The position numbers were made by a program, and so were the translations under genes. The notes below the pieces were generated by a model. The model searched no databases. It was not told where the DNA came from and worked only from the letters and a program-made list of their open reading frames with translations. A stretch of 64,000 bases of DNA, from positions 124,001 through 188,000 of the forward strand of contig NMRA01000630.1 of assembly GCA_002633005.1 (NCBI GenBank). Direction: 5' to 3'. Position 1 is the first letter of the stretch, and every line of letters begins with the position of its first letter. Below, one piece after another: positions 1-12,993 of the stretch. Origin of the DNA: Phoronis australis. Its lineage: Eukaryota > Animalia > Phoronida.

Positions 1-2440
1 CTTCAATTTCTGCGTGATGTAATCCTTCATCAGTTTGACAATCAAGACCTCACACAGAAACACTGCAAGAGCATAACCAAAAGTGTCCAGAACAGTCGGC
101 GTCGGTCGACTTCTGATGTCCACGTGTTCCGCCTGAATGTCAATCAAAACAGCTTCCAACTGGCAATAGGTGGTCAGAATGACACAGATATGAAATATCT
201 GGTGACCGTGTCCAAAGATGTCAAAAGCTCCCGGGTACAGCTTCTGAGGTAAACCAGAGCCATAGAAAAATGCCCCCGTCGACATCCAAGCAATTTGACC
301 AAAATGCAGCGGTACGCTTTCGTCACATTTAATATTGTGTGCAGCACAGTTGTAGATTTGATGTATTAGTGGAAGGACTAACCACACATAAGTCAGTGCG
401 ACCGATGTGAGGTTGAGCAGCTTTGGAGCTAGCGCTCTTGTTCCAGCATAGAAAACTTTGGCTGCACAGCAACACAGACATGCACAAATAGACATCACTG
501 CACCTATTCCCACAAACCAATACTGACCTTTGTAGTAGAAGTCATTCTCTGTTGAGTAGTAGAAATGGGCCACAGTTGACCCAAAACAATGAAACGCTAT
601 TCCTGTGTAATCTATCATGAAGCAGGTATAATGCCACAGTTCAGACTTGTTGTGAAAGCAATGTGCCAAACTTGAAAAGGTATACAGAGTTGACGTTGTT
701 ACAATTAGCAGTACGAAAGGCCATAAGTAGGGGTCATTGAAGAAATCCATCTTGTACGAGTACAGCCATGTTTTATAGATCACTATGATCAATGCGATCA
801 AATGAGTCCATACGTTCAATGTTTCATTATGCAGCTGAAAGATGCTAAAAAGGTAGCAAAACCAAGGATGATCGCGGCGACGGAAACCAAAATGGATATG
901 CAGCTCATGAAACAGGGACGGTACGCCATCTTTGTTAGTGATGTCAACAAACAGCTGAGAATCGCTACGCTTGAGCGTGCTTCCTGAAAATAAATCAGTA
1001 ACTCAGGTTAGTAGGGGCTTAATGTAGTAAAACCAAAAATTAAAATATCAAGCATTTTTACCTAAAGACACAGCTTGGCAGAACATTTATTTTTCATATA
1101 GTCAATATCACAGCATGTTAACTTACAGTAATATCTTACTAATTTAAGACATGACATGGTGGACAAATTGAATTTCTCGTTTCTTCCATGAAAGATACGC
1201 AGTCATAAAGTAATGTTTTCATGACTTCAAGGTTTATATCACAGCTACCACCAGACAACGTTTTGTAAAGCTGTTGACATTTACAACATTAGACGTCTTC
1301 GAAAAATTCTAAACAAAACTATTTTGGCAATTATTTTGCTAGAATTGTTGAGATTTACCTTAGTTTGTTAGTAACAAAACTCTTAACATTGTTTTTATGA
1401 GAATGCATTGAACATTTTGATCAAAGTAGCAATCCTTTGAAAAAAGGCAGTTTTACCAATTCAATATTATATTAATATAATCATATGCAGAATTATTTTG
1501 ATATAATGATATTGATATAAGTATACTGATATAATTATATTGATATCATTATTTTGATATAATTATATTGATATTATTATTTTGATATAATTATATTGAT
1601 ATTATTATATTGGAACAAAATTAAAGAATTTTACCACACAATAAACCATCCATAAGTTGGACATGTGTAGGTAAGATTTTCATTTAACCCGGGCAAAATT
1701 TCAAGGTAATACCATTCTTTGAAGTCCAACATTCAGCCCTTGAGACATGTAGCATGAATGAACTCTCTCAGTGCGACTGGATGTGACTGATGCAAGTTTT
1801 ACAGTGTAGTTTTTGGTGGCTTTTCACAAAACGGAAGGTCAGCTGATATCAGGCAAACATAATGTTGTTTTTTATCATTCAAACTATTGGTTGATTTAGA
1901 CCAGTGCTGCAGTGGGGCATAGGCACATGTAGGCTCAGCCAACCACCATTTGGCATTTGAACGAAGCGCCTACGCACCATAAGTTACAATCAGTGCTCAA
2001 TGTGATACGGTGGGCTTTGGGCGCCAACTTACCTCTAATTTTACCACTACACCATTGATTTAGACCAGTTAACATACCATCAGTCTCATATTGTTCCTTA
2101 CTTAGGGAAGATAATCATTCTGGCTTGGGAAGAACTGGCAGTTTGTTACTGCGTGAAACTAAGTACAACAAGTTCGCCAGTCATTTCCCGTGCCAAGCCC
2201 CATCGCATCATCAAACTGATATTTCATGTCAAGCGGAGAAACCACCACGTCCTCAGAACAGTAGCATATTCAAGTGGTAAAGACATAATGGTAAGGCGTG
2301 GTACAAATGAGGAGTTATCCTTATGCAAGTGATCCTTAGATGATGTGACCATTACCTTGTACAGAGACCTCATTGTTGTTATTGCTGCAGTTGTTGACAA
2401 TATCCTGAGACGTCGCCCTATATCTGTGTTTACTGGCCAT
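1..2440 (-). CDS. PAQR family (progestin and adipoQ receptor; membrane progestin receptor PAQR7/8-like) 7-TM protein, 3' end truncated by the window edge
   Basis: Coding exons are 2440-2356 (ATG at 2440, MASKHRYRATSQDIV...SVQG; acceptor tttcag at 2443, donor gtaatg, phase 1) and 983-1 (acceptor ttttcag, open to the window edge). The translation has PAQR/HlyIII motifs VPSLFHE..I..GFR, SIFQLHNETLNVWTHL, SSLAHCFHNKSE...CFMIDYTGI and PQKLYPGAFDIFGHGHQIFHI. It is absent from the ORF track because the stop lies outside the window. Confidence 0.93.
1465..1612. repeat. AT-rich degenerate tandem repeat (ATTATATTGATAT-like units)
   Basis: Repeated tattgatataattat / ttttgatataat units are directly visible. 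Confidence 0.75.
1902..2057. mobile_element. hAT-like MITE with 8-bp TSD
   Basis: Imperfect TIR CAGTGCTGCAGTGG / CCACTACACCATTG, flanked by the direct repeat ATTTAGAC (1894-1901 and 2058-2065). Confidence 0.65.
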
Positions 2441-3104
2441 GACTGAAACAAAAAAGTTCTTCATCAGTAAACTGAGTGCACATTTAGACCCCAAGAACAG
2501 GTATCTGGGTAAGCAATTACATCGTCTATTACACGGCAGGATAGCCAGCCGAGGGGCTATGTGTTGCCACTAATAGCTGAGACTAGGCAATTACATCGCC
2601 CTGGAAGCTGCACCAGCAGGCATCGTGTTGCCTAATCTGAGACGTGCCACTCAGAAGTCATTTTTTCAAATTCCTACAAAAGGGTGCATTTTCTAACACT
2701 TCTAGTGAAAGGCGCTGCAGGCTCTTTTGATTATTCCCTACGAAAGGATTTATTTATTTGAGAGTTTTACACATCCAAAAAGAAACTATCACCAAAAATT
2801 TTGACCGGAAAGGCATGTACTTTTGACTATCTGAGTTTCATGCCCCAGCAACATCATTCTTCTTAAGTTCTATGACTATGGGAGGATTTGCCACCCACAC
2901 CAAGGAGAGACCACCAGAACGGATTGACAAAACCAAGGCAATGACATGATGAAAATTCAGTAACCGCAACACACAGGCAGGCAAATTTCCCAATAACTCA
3001 TAACCTGCGAGTGGTGTCAGTCAGTGGTGATAGAGGAACACACAAAACCTGGCCAGCAACTTGCTTGTGCCTCACTCAGCCAGTGTTGGAAGAGCATGCA
3101 GTAG

Positions 3105-4242
3105 TAGCCAGCCAGCTAGCTGTATGAAGACTGTCGTCAAAGACAAAGTACAGCAAGGTACCACTGTGTGTATTTCTTCCGTAGAACCCGAAATTGCCCA
3201 GAGCCAGGGTAGTTCTGGGCCCGGTCTCCAATCTCCGTACTCAGACTCATACTCGAGATTTCATACTCAAAATCGTGCTCACTGGAGTCGTACTCAAAAA
3301 AGCGTATCTAATGTCGTATTTCGAGTAGACTCCAAACGTACTCAAATCTGACACTCATACTCGAGTTGGTATGGAACTCTTTATGATGTGAAATGCAAAA
3401 TCACGCAAAGCCACGCTGATTCATCGCTCCCTANNNNNNNNNNNNNNNNNNNNNNNNNNNNNNNNNNNNNNNNNNNNNNNNNNNNNNNNNNNNNNNNNNN
3501 NNNNNNNNNNNNNNNNNNNNNNNNNNNNNNNNNNNNNNNNNNNNNNNNNNNNNNNNNNNNNNNNNNNNNNNNNTTTTTACTCGAAATGGAACTCGAAATT
3601 AGGTTTGGCATTTTCTACTCTACTTTTGGGCGAACTCAAGATAAGTGTCTATTATTCTATGCTCGAGTACACAATAACTTACGTAGATAATTTATTGCCC
3701 TTAGTTCACAGTTTGTAAACCCAATATTAAAGCAATAAGTTCGAGTTTGAACTCAAAATTTCGAGTTTTTACTAGAGTTTGTAGCAAGAATATAAGGGTA
3801 TTCAAGGGCAAACTTGAACTAGAAACTCCTATGCATAAACTATAATGTATTCGAGCACAGTCTGACAACCAATTATCTTAAGTTCGCACAAAAAGAACAG
3901 AGAAATTGCCAAAAATAGTTTCGAGTACAAAGATTAGAGACCAGGCCCTGGTCTTCACCTCGCCGTGAAACTTGTAGCTAAAGACCGTACGGGGTGCATG
4001 CAAAATCTGGGAATCAAACGACACTCACCTCGCTCGTTACAAACGTTTAAGTGAAAAACAATGCAACAATCGTCATTTTCTTGAGTCATTCTCGACCTTT
4101 TGTAACAATGAAAAGTATACAACTCTGTACCAAAAATGCAGTAGGTATGTACGGATAGCCATAGCCTTGGTACAAAGCTGTATATTATAAATATACAAGC
4201 TGTATTTTGACGACAGTCTTCATACAGCTAGCTGGCTGGCTA
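3105..4242. repeat. Perfect 37-bp inverted repeat pair (TAGCC...GGCTA termini), probable TIR element; third copy at about 5167-5202
   Basis: 3105-3141 TAGCCAGCCAGCTAGCTGTATGAAGACTGTCGTCAAA is the exact reverse complement of 4206-4242. No convincing TSD. Confidence 0.6.
3218..3947. mobile_element. PIF/Harbinger-like MITE (contains an assembly gap)
   Basis: TIR GGCCCGGTCTCCAATCTCCGTACTC / GAGTACAAAGATTAGAGACCAGGCC, with 3-bp CTG direct repeats at 3215-3217 and 3948-3950. The interior has many ACTCGA/TCGAGT subrepeats. Related sequence lies near 62820-63060. Confidence 0.7.
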
Positions 4243-4299
4243 AGACTTATTTATAGCCAGACATTTAAGGAATGCAACAATACCAAGTGTCAAACGCTG

Positions 4300-4600
4300 T
4301 GTCCCACAACCTTACCATGTCACATTTCAACAACGATAAAACATTCCAACAGCTGGCGTGGTTGAATATTTTCCAACCACTGCCTGTGGCCAAGAAAGTC
4401 AAAGAAAGCCACCCAGGTGGGAGAGCTCGTTGCGAAAGCCTATGACAGCGCTATCTATGAGAAACGTGTGCTAGGAAGTAAAACTCAAATCACTCGCCAG
4501 ATGTCAGTGTTTCAAACATGGCTTCAGCAGTTCCGGTTGCTGGGTGGACGGCGGGCGATTTAAACGAGATTCCACACTTAACGGGTAAGATAAAGTTACC
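4300..4600. promoter_or_regulatory. Putative bidirectional promoter and first exons of the PAQR gene (minus) and LAS2-like gene (plus)
   Basis: Locally CpG-richer segment. Minus-strand donors ATG|GTAAGG (exon ending 4316) and GAG|GTGAGT (4029). Plus-strand CAAACATGGC start context at 4518 and donor CGG|GTAAGA at 4584/4585. Both downstream ATG-bearing exons begin with acceptor sites, so upstream exons are required. Confidence 0.55.
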
Positions 4601-6197
4601 GTGTTCATCCTTTCAAGATACAGGGAAGCACGATGAGGTTCTAACTCCAAAACGGTAGCTATTTGATGTCATTTGTCTAGAGTCTCGACTACACTACAGA
4701 TCGCTTCTGGCTCTAGTCTAGCAGTCTACTCTGACGACGGCACAGGCACAGCAGGCACCACAGCCTGTGGTGCACAGGTAGCCTTGCCCTTGGTAATATA
4801 TACTAAATTTACAGGCTACAGCTTTGTGCCAATGTGGGTAAAAAGTGATAGGATAAAATCTGACAAAAAATTAGTGTCATTAAAAAACTATACACCTATT
4901 TGAGTAAATAGAATTATTTTTTGGTTTGGAAAAATTGGCGTTTGTTATTTTGCTACTAAAGTTGTGGAGCAATCTTCTGCGTCGACTTTCGGCACCATGA
5001 AATATTGCATCACCTATTGACCAGTTTCTTTTTTTGCTGATTCTTTAATCAACTGCTGTTCTTTCATGAGGTTGTGTACACCACAAATTATAGGAACTGG
5101 TTAGTATGACAATCAGCTGCTTTTTATGCTTATATTCACGACTTTAGGTCACCGGTGTTTACTAAATGACGATAAGCTTCATACAACTAGCTGGCTGGCT
5201 AGAAGGACACCTCGGTGTATTTAATTCCTTCCAACTCAAACAAATACTCCTGCTATCAAAGTTATCAAACTTTTTCTTTGAGCACTCCCTCATTCAGTTC
5301 CCAAGATTGGTAACTCAAGTTTTTTAACACTGCGCACACCTGGGGATATGACCTCATACCACCATGGTATCACTGAAGTCATTGAGATCTGGCCATTGGT
5401 TGGTGAGGAATCAAGATGGCGATCATTTATTGATAAACTTTATAACAGCTGTTTGAGTTGAGATCATCAACACTCATTGTTCAACCAATATCGGTAATAT
5501 TTGGTAAGCTACTTGTCTGTTTTAGTAAATGTAGACATAGAAGTTTTGGTTCACACACTGTTTAAGTAAAAAAGGTCACAACAGGGGAGCTGTTTTTTTA
5601 AACTTAGATGTTAAAACCTTGGTCTACACATTTTTTGTAAAAACATCACTGTGTGCGTGGGGGGGGGTTAGTGATGAAATGTGGGGGTAATGCGCCGTTG
5701 GAATCATGGATGCCCTGGAATATTGGGAACCCCATTTTGGACACCCTATTTTTGAAATCCTGGGTAAAACCCTGAGTTTCTTTAAATTTTCTGATGCAGA
5801 CATTCCAGACATTCCACATATTGTGAGCTGGTCATGCCTTACTTACGCGAATGCTTTCACATTTCTGCATGCAAATATGATTTAGAATGTGCATGTGAGC
5901 CAAAGTAATCATTTTATGTTTCATTCCATAAAGAGCAGGAGAGCACTGATATCTTTGTCTATGAAGCCACAGGGGGAGTGGCCTAGTTGTTAGTGCTGTC
6001 TATTTTCCTGGTAAGAGTGTAACCAGTTTGTTTCCTTGGTGATCTACAAATCAAGTTTGATGTATAACATTCGCGTACATTTCTTGAAACCTGAAATTCA
6101 GGAGTGCTAGCTGAATATTAAATTGATATGGCATTGGCACTTAGCCAAGTACCAAATGACGACCTGATGAGGTGCTGAGCCACTAGACCTGGCGTGC

Positions 6198-6336
6198 CTT
6201 CAGTAGACGCTAGGACCTACGCTAGGACCTAGCTAAAACCTAGTCAACGTCACGTGTTCTCATTTTAAATGCACGGCAATATCTCACGTAATCTCGCGAA
6301 GTCTTGCTTTTTAGCGAGGTCCTAGCGTTACTGAAC
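6198..6336. mobile_element. Short MITE-like inverted-repeat element
   Basis: TTCAGTAGACGCTAGGACCT...GCTAAAA pairs with TTTTAGCGAGGTCCTAGCGTTACTGAA. No TSD resolved. Confidence 0.5.
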
Positions 6337-8000
6337 GGGAGGCTGGACAAATGTTGGAGTTTTGTTTTTCGTTAAGTTAGTATCCAATGCGGGCTACGGT
6401 ATGGTTGCTAACAAGATTCACCACGGCACCATGTCACACTATCGGTGCCAGCAAGACTCACCACAGCACCATGTCACACTATCAGTGGCAACAAGACTCA
6501 CCCCATCACATGCTCTAAACATCTTTTTAACAATTGTAATCATATTAAATTAGTGAATGATCATTACCAGATTACTTCAAAACAAAATGAATTTACTAAA
6601 GGGTTACAATAGAAACTTAAACTTTATTGCGAATCTATGATGATTTTGTTCTTTGTTGTGAAAACTAAAAGTTTAGACAATAGTGAATGTTGTGTTAATG
6701 CTTTGATACATTGTATCATTCATGACTTAAAGTTGGGAATGAAATGTCTCTTAGATTTTTGGTTTTTGTATTGTGATCTGGGGTCCATCTGATTACATTC
6801 TAATTTATCTGTTTTGTATGTCCCCGGGTTTGGTTTTAGTCATGGTGTAGACATTATGAATTGTTTTGCTTACTTTGCACCACACAATTGCCAGAGTGAA
6901 ATTCTGTTTTGTTAAATATCTCCACAGAAATAAATATTATGGACATTTTAATGGTGGCGTGGATTGCAGTGAATAGATTCTTTTAACGACGTTGACTAAA
7001 ACTCACATTATTTCCAATAAGGTAATCAGCCACTGAAAAATGGAAAACGCCATCATTTTGGCGAATATTTTGTGCGAGGGGTGGGGGGAGAATTATCTTA
7101 TTTAAGCTTCTGTTTACTCACTATTGGAAGAGCTCACCTGAATGGTGGTGACCTGAATGGTGGTAACCTGACGAGGATTAACTAAATGTCAGCTTTCATT
7201 ATTCATTGTCCAGGGCAGTTATGATTCATAGTCAAATATTTCTGCTACTCTGGCAGTGTCAGTTAAAGTTTGGACTTGAAAAGGATGGTTGACATTTTCT
7301 GGTTTATGGTGTGGTAAGATTAAAACTTAATATTTTTTTCTAAATTATAATGTGAAAAGGTTATTGTCAATGTATTTAGGGTTGATGAGCAGGTTTCAAT
7401 CCCATGTTGTTTAGTATTTGTCCCATACAGCTGATCTTGTTAGCAGAGATATTGCAAAAATTTTCTTCTTATATTCGGCATTTAGAAACTGTGCAGCGAG
7501 TGCACAATTTTAAGCTATTATTTGTTTACTGTTGACCTCAAATTGCATTTATTTGAATAAAAACAGTCTGATCGATACAATCGGACTCAAAAACATGTAA
7601 CAAAGATCCACTTTTCAAACAGAGAGGTATAGGCAGCACCTCTAATCATTCGATTTACTAACATTTACTTCATTTTATGGCTGTTTTCGACTCATTTTAG
7701 TTTATTCTGTCCATTTTCAAGCTTGAATTCACCAGTCAGTGCTATCTTATTTAACCTTGTCTTCTGTACACAATGTGAAACCCATGAATGTAAGAAACTG
7801 CTAGTCTAAGGTATTTACTCATGTACCAATAGATACTGCAAGTGGATAAATGTATTTGTATAGTGCATTCGACTTGTTGCAACTGTGTTTGAATTTTGAA
7901 TATAACCGTCCAGACTTTGGTGAAAGTTTGAACTGAACATAACTGATTAGAAAATGCCCCGCAGACGTGGGAGGTGAAGAAATACGGATGCCTCGTGTCA

Positions 8001-8908
8001 TTTGGCACTGACTTGGGAGGTGACCCCTTGTGTCATCTGGCAATGACTTGTACCCTAGTTATTCAATTATTTCGAACAACAATTTTTCAAAAACCGTCTG
8101 TGAGGTTGTGCACCAATGGTGAAAGGTTTCTGAATATTGACATACTACTAAAATAGAATTTAATAAAAAATATGAATTTTCAAAAACTAGAAAGCCTGGA
8201 TAATTTGATTTTTGCCATAATGTGCCATTGAATCACATGAATGTCATCCCTTTCCAGCAAAATTTAGCAAAAACAAAACACAATTATCAGCAAAGCAATA
8301 GCATCAATAACATGATCAAAGTTCTTTGACATCAATGTTCAATATGATATCTCAAAAGGCCTGTGACAGTTTTTTGAGTTATTATTGCGTTGTTGTTTCA
8401 TTCATCATNGGGGGTAATGCGTCGTTGGAATCATGGACGCCCTGGAATATTGGGAACCCATTTTGGACACCCTATGTTCGAAATCCTGGATGAAGCCCTG
8501 TTTGGCACTGACTTGGGAGGTGACCCCTTGTATCATCTGGCAATGACTTGTACCCTAGTTATTCAATTATTTCGAACAACAATTTTTCAAAAACCGTCTG
8601 TGAAGTTGTGCACCAATGGTGAAAGGTTTCTGAATATTGACATACTACTAAAATAGAATTTAATAAAAAATATGAATTTTCAAAAACTAGAAAGCCTGGA
8701 TAATTTGATTTTTGCCATAATGTGCCATTGAATCACATGAATGTCATCCCTTTCCAGCAAAATTTAGCAAAAACAAAACACAATTATCAGCAAAGCAATA
8801 GCATCAATAACATGATCAAAGTTCTTTGACATCAATGTTCAATATGATATCTCAAAAGGCCTGTGACAGTTTTTTGAGTTATTATTGCGTTGTTGTTTCA
8901 TTCATCAT
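8001..8908. repeat. About 408-bp near-identical direct duplication around a single-N join (probable haplotype assembly artefact)
   Basis: 8001-8408 matches 8501-8908 with only two substitutions that I could see. The copies are separated by the N at 8409 and a 91-bp TE end that also occurs at about 5684-5775. Confidence 0.85.
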
Positions 8909-10813
8909 TTTATTTCGTTATGAAGGTAGTAAAAGTCCCGTTAATAATACTGCTCATGTACAAGTTGTGGATGAATGTTTTAACAGTTCGAAAATGTTAT
9001 AACCTCGCCGAACAACCACTTGGTTGACGCCCAGTTTGCTCTTAGTGTACATACACAACTGGTCCCGAGTTTACATTAGTTGCTCACCACTCACTTCTCT
9101 AAGGTGTACTTTTCTCATGCAACAAGACTTGTCTTAGAAATCCACCTCAGTATGTGACAGGACATTATTTTCATCCTACTCAATGGTATCCTATTTTTAA
9201 TTTTCCCAAGTTTCCATTTTAGGAAACATATTTGTATGACATGGTAAAAATTTTTGGCTGCCCTGTAGAAGTTTCTTAACTTTTGCTCTAATAATAACTA
9301 TGTGCGCCCTTTAGGGGTGTTTCCATGGCAACATGTGCGTCATTGCTCATTAATAAATATCCTGAATATCATTAAACATATAATCGTTGACTTGTACTTG
9401 GAAAAAATAAAAATTATACTGATAAGTGTACCATCATGCTCTTATCATGTCAGTGTTGAAATAAAGGGATAACGAAATAATTATCATGTTATAATAGAAA
9501 TAATTATCATGTTATCAACAGTTTTTTAATTAGACATTTCCTTGTCACTAAGGGGAGAATGTACGTGTGCATGTTGTTGGCAGCATCTTGTATGTCAGAT
9601 CTACACAGTGTATGTGTGTTTAACTATGTGCGCGTGTGCATATATCTGTTTGTGTACGGATGTATTTCTATGTATGAAAGAAGGTATGTTTGTGTTATGT
9701 ACCTTTGTATGTTTTCAATGACATTTTTTATGTTTGTCAAATTCCAAAATATCCCCACAACTGTTAGGCAAACAGTTTTTCAGTCTACATACACTGGAAG
9801 GAAGAAATTTTGACTGAAAAATAGCTTTGTTTAGAAATAAGCCCTCCCTGACATGTTTACAGTGGCTAACAGGTATTTGAGTACTGTGATTGTTTCTTAG
9901 ACAGATTTATTGTAGCAGCTTATGTTTAATTAAATGTCAAGGCCTGAAGCAGAGACTTGTAATCTTATCTGTAGTTTGCAAGGGAAGCTGCTTAAAATTA
10001 TGACTTGATGTGTTTGTATAGGCCCTTTCATACTAATGTTGACATGTTATTATTAAGTGGAATTTCATTTTGTTTAATTTCCCAATAAAAGGAACTTTTA
10101 AATGACATTATTGGCAAGAAGAGTGTATTTCTTAGATCACCTTCAATACATAATCAAAGTCACAACCCCCATAGTTGGGGGACAACACTTTGATGGTTCC
10201 GGTAGTACCATTCTATAGTTTGGCTCAGTAATGGTGAACCGCATAAGATGGTGGAATGTTTTAAGCCTATTTTAACTGATAAACTCACCAGCCTTGATTT
10301 CAGTGAATGTCTGACTGACCTCTGGTGAGATCTGTAGATTTGTGATTAATCAAAAACACAATAAAAGGATTTTGTTTTGGTGCATAATATTTGTATTTAA
10401 AAATTAATGAAAAGATCTGGGAAATCCCACTGCACTAAATTCAGGTGCAAATAGGCAGAATGCTGTCAATCAATTACTCTCGTAAACAGGAGTTGTTTCC
10501 TAACTACACTGCTGTTTTGTATTGACAATGCTTGTGTCTCACAGTAAATTTCAGCGCCAATACTTCAAAACATGGAGGACTACACAATAGTGTAAACTTA
10601 GGTCTCACAGTCTCACAGAGACAGTCCATAACTGAATATTATCATTGATTGTGCCATTAGGAAATTTAGTGGACATTTTGGCTCCTTTAAATTGGGAGTT
10701 CCAGCTGAGTCTTTCTGAGCTCAATTAGGCAGTGAAATGTATGGATTACATGAACCAAGCGTTACATGGTCTAAGACCTCGAACTGGTAACTTGCTAACA
10801 ACATGGGTAGTAT

Positions 10814-12390
10814 TCATCTTGAACTAATATGGTAGAAAAAACACTTTGACAGATTGCTTGATTTAACTGGACGTTGCTTGCACACAGCCAAGGTCCACCA
10901 TCTAATGCACTTCTTCTTGATGCGAAGATTTCTTTGCAGCATGTGTTTCAGGCTCTGCTTTTGGCGATGATAGGTTTTATTTTTTCCTTGCGCCACAGAT
11001 TTAAGCAACTTGTAGGAGTGTTTTTTCATATTTTGGGCATTCCCATCGAACTTTACTTCTTCAATATGATCAGAAATTGACGGAAGTAGAGCCAGTTTCT
11101 TCTTAATCAATGGTGTCACAATAGTACCTTTACTCAGTAAGTGCTGTTGACACTGAGGTGAACCTCTAAGTTTCTCCACAATTCGTGCTCGTTTGATTGG
11201 AGCGCTAGGAAGATTGGATGTAGCACGTTTGATGACTCTCCATTCTGCTGTACGAGACATTGAGCTTCTTGATTGTTCAGGTGTTTTGTTATCTTTGGTG
11301 GCACCTGTTTTCTGAAGCTTAATCCGAAGTCTCCACATTTGGGTTCGTTTCACAGCCTCTCTCTTTTTTTGGCTTTTGCACTCTCGCAGTCCTTCCTGAC
11401 ATTTCTCTTTTCTTTCCCCGTCAGCCGATTCTTTCTTCCAGTCTTTTTTCTTGCTTTAGTCACTAAGGTGACACTTTCCCGCTCTTTTCTGTTTGCTCTG
11501 TATTCCCTCTGCCGCTCTGTGAATTTCTTGGTCAGTTCTGACCGGTCTACTGTCTTTACCAATTCCTTATAGTCCCTCCTCTTCCGTTCTCTGTCCTTTT
11601 GCTTATATGTTGCATATTTCTTTTTGTTTTTCTGTAAATTTGCCCTGTACATCCTAATTTTCTCTCTCTTCCTTTCTCGCTCCATGTCTTGTTTGGTGTC
11701 AGCCATTGCATCAGTTAATCTGTGGAGAGATTGCTTTTTGCATATCTGAAGTTCTCATGGCAGGAAATGTAATATTCTTAATAATGAACTGATAGAGTAA
11801 TTGTGACAAAGTGCTACAACACTGGACATACAGCGTCATCTACACTTAGCTAAGAAATACAGAATAGACATACAACACATTCTCATGTGTGTATTCTCCG
11901 TAGCCTAGGACATAACATGCTAAAGAACCTACCTCTGTAATTCAGATGAGGTTGTATATGGTAACTAGTTAATTTTGAATTTCACCTCATAAAATTCAGA
12001 GAATTTTCAGATTATTTCAAATTTTGACCCACAGAATAGAAAGAAAAAGTTGAAAGGTAATTTTTAGCTAAACTTGCCTCACATCCCACACGTCAATAAA
12101 AATGCAATTTTTCTTGTGTTGGAGAGTTTATTTGTCTCTATTTCATCAGTAAATGCACTTAGATACAAGTTTTTTCAAACCGTGTTCAAACAATTCAAAG
12201 TTACAAATTGGGGGCTACGGAGAATACAGGGGCTATGGAGAATACGAAAGACATTTTTACTTGTGATCAATTCAAATCAAGGGCTGAGTCTAATATTTTT
12301 GTGGGCCACAGACAGCTTCAAGATTCCCAATTTGCATTATCAAATATCTTTCATTAATGGAATTCAGACAGGGCTACGGAGAATACACAG
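10814..12390 (-). mobile_element. Degenerate DNA-transposon-like element: frameshifted K/R-rich ORF plus 15-bp subterminal-type repeats
   Basis: ORFs 11706-11350 and 11353-10814 join through one frameshift in a GAGAGAG run (..AKKRE/AVKRTQMW..), giving a basic, coiled-coil-like protein. GGCTACGGAGAATAC repeats lie at 12213, 12231 and 12372, and inverted at 11891. Family unassigned. Confidence 0.45.
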
Positions 12391-12993
12391 TTTTTCTTAG
12401 GTGGCGCCTGGCGGTGATATTATTTGGTTGAGGAATCCAATCATTAGGACATCTGGTACAAATATGTGGTTTCTAAATCAAATTCTATATACCACCAACC
12501 ATTAAAAAGCACAGTTCAAAACACTAGTAATGCTTTTCTTTTTCAGCCATGGCTGTAAGAGAATGAACACATGCACATTTAAGTGTTTTGCATAACATTG
12601 ACATCATTTTGCAAATTTGTCTGAAAATTGTGTTTGACTATTCAGATACCTGCAATCACCTGATGAAAAACCAGAAATACATGTTAAGTTCATGATAAAA
12701 CATTAAATTTCAATTAAGTGTGTGATTTAATTAAATGCCATGTGTATTGAAAACATGCAATATTTCAGTGAAACAAAATACCGATGTATTTCTGGCTATA
12801 TTCGCCTATAGATATTAAGGATTACTCTAACCATGGTTAACATTGTTTTGTACTTTAAAAAGTGTAGATTTCATAAATACTATTGCTAAAACTAGATCAT
12901 CATACAAATATCTGCCAGATGTGAAGGAATTTTGTCAATATGATTGCATAACATAAAAAAATAAATTTGCACCCTGAGTGAAAAAATGCCGTA

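Noticed and set aside
329-987. Short ORFs 329-520 and 802-987
   Set aside because: They are alternative-frame or antisense shadows of the PAQR coding exon.
9319-9332. Perfect RFX X-box GTTTCCATGGCAAC in the LAS2-like first intron (similar matches at 25852 and 58981)
   Set aside because: The intronic copy is far from a TSS in repeat-like sequence, and the other two are explained by VAM codons in exons.
12655-12690. Hammerhead ribozyme core (CTGATGA...GAAA); similar at about 36065-36080 on the minus strand
   Set aside because: There is no stem II, and the flanking stems I and III cannot be formed.
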